From NCBI GenBank assembly GCA_002104905.1, contig MCFE01000388.1:19075-83074 (forward strand): DNA of 64,000 bases, written 5' to 3'. This DNA is from Basidiobolus meristosporus CBS 931.73 (Eukaryota; Fungi; Basidiobolomycota). The notes under the pieces are model-generated. The model was not told the DNA's origin, did not search any database, and worked only from the letters and a program-made list of their open reading frames with translations. Within the stretch, counting starts at the first letter, position 1, and every line of letters begins with the position of its first letter. Both the position numbers and the translations under genes were made by a program. Positions 63,840-64,000 of this stretch are shown here, piece after piece.

Positions 63840-64000
63840 TGAATATTTTGTAACCTTCATGAAATACCAGTCCTGCCCTAACGCTCAGCAATAGCTCTGC
63901 GAGTTTGTTTTCACCTCTTTGTTTACTGAGAATGTTTATAGCGATATACATGGTAAAATGATGGATCTCATCGATTCTCTATCAAGAGTGTAGTTCTTGT

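Larger units (their letters stand above)
61695..64000 (+). repeat. Direct segmental duplication, copy 2 (runs off the window end)
   Basis: Colinear with 54215-56437. Confidence 0.92.

Overview
Eukaryotic, fungal-type genomic DNA with short GT-AG introns and CTAAC/CTGAC-like branch points. The gene content (WD40-bearing ATG16, PP2A B'', HROB, UXS1, one probable U12-type intron) suggests an early-diverging fungus; this is inference, not a database result. Bases 1-39.6 kb form a dense run of mostly intron-rich housekeeping genes: IPI1/TEX10, HROB, TRM7, a KH-domain protein, SDT1, glutaminyl cyclase, MOD5, UXS1, myosin V, NIC96, HOP2, ATG16 and PP2A B''. Bases 42-64 kb form a sparser accessory block of intronless genes: a C2H2 transcription factor, an UNC-93-like MFS transporter, a cellular rvt-type reverse-transcriptase-related gene, an alpha/beta hydrolase, and two DJ-1/Hsp31 copies each linked to tRNA-Arg(TCG). 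That block also holds a CpG-depleted relic. Across the window there are four identical tRNA-Pro(CGG) genes with a non-canonical A18 and five copies of an unexplained 168-bp module. The module is indel-free, at least 98.8% identical between copies, and rich in potential hairpins. It lies downstream of the tRNA in four of five cases while its flanks decay. This module and the rvt locus are the best candidates for undescribed biology. Exon-level boundaries of spliced genes were read by eye and are approximate.
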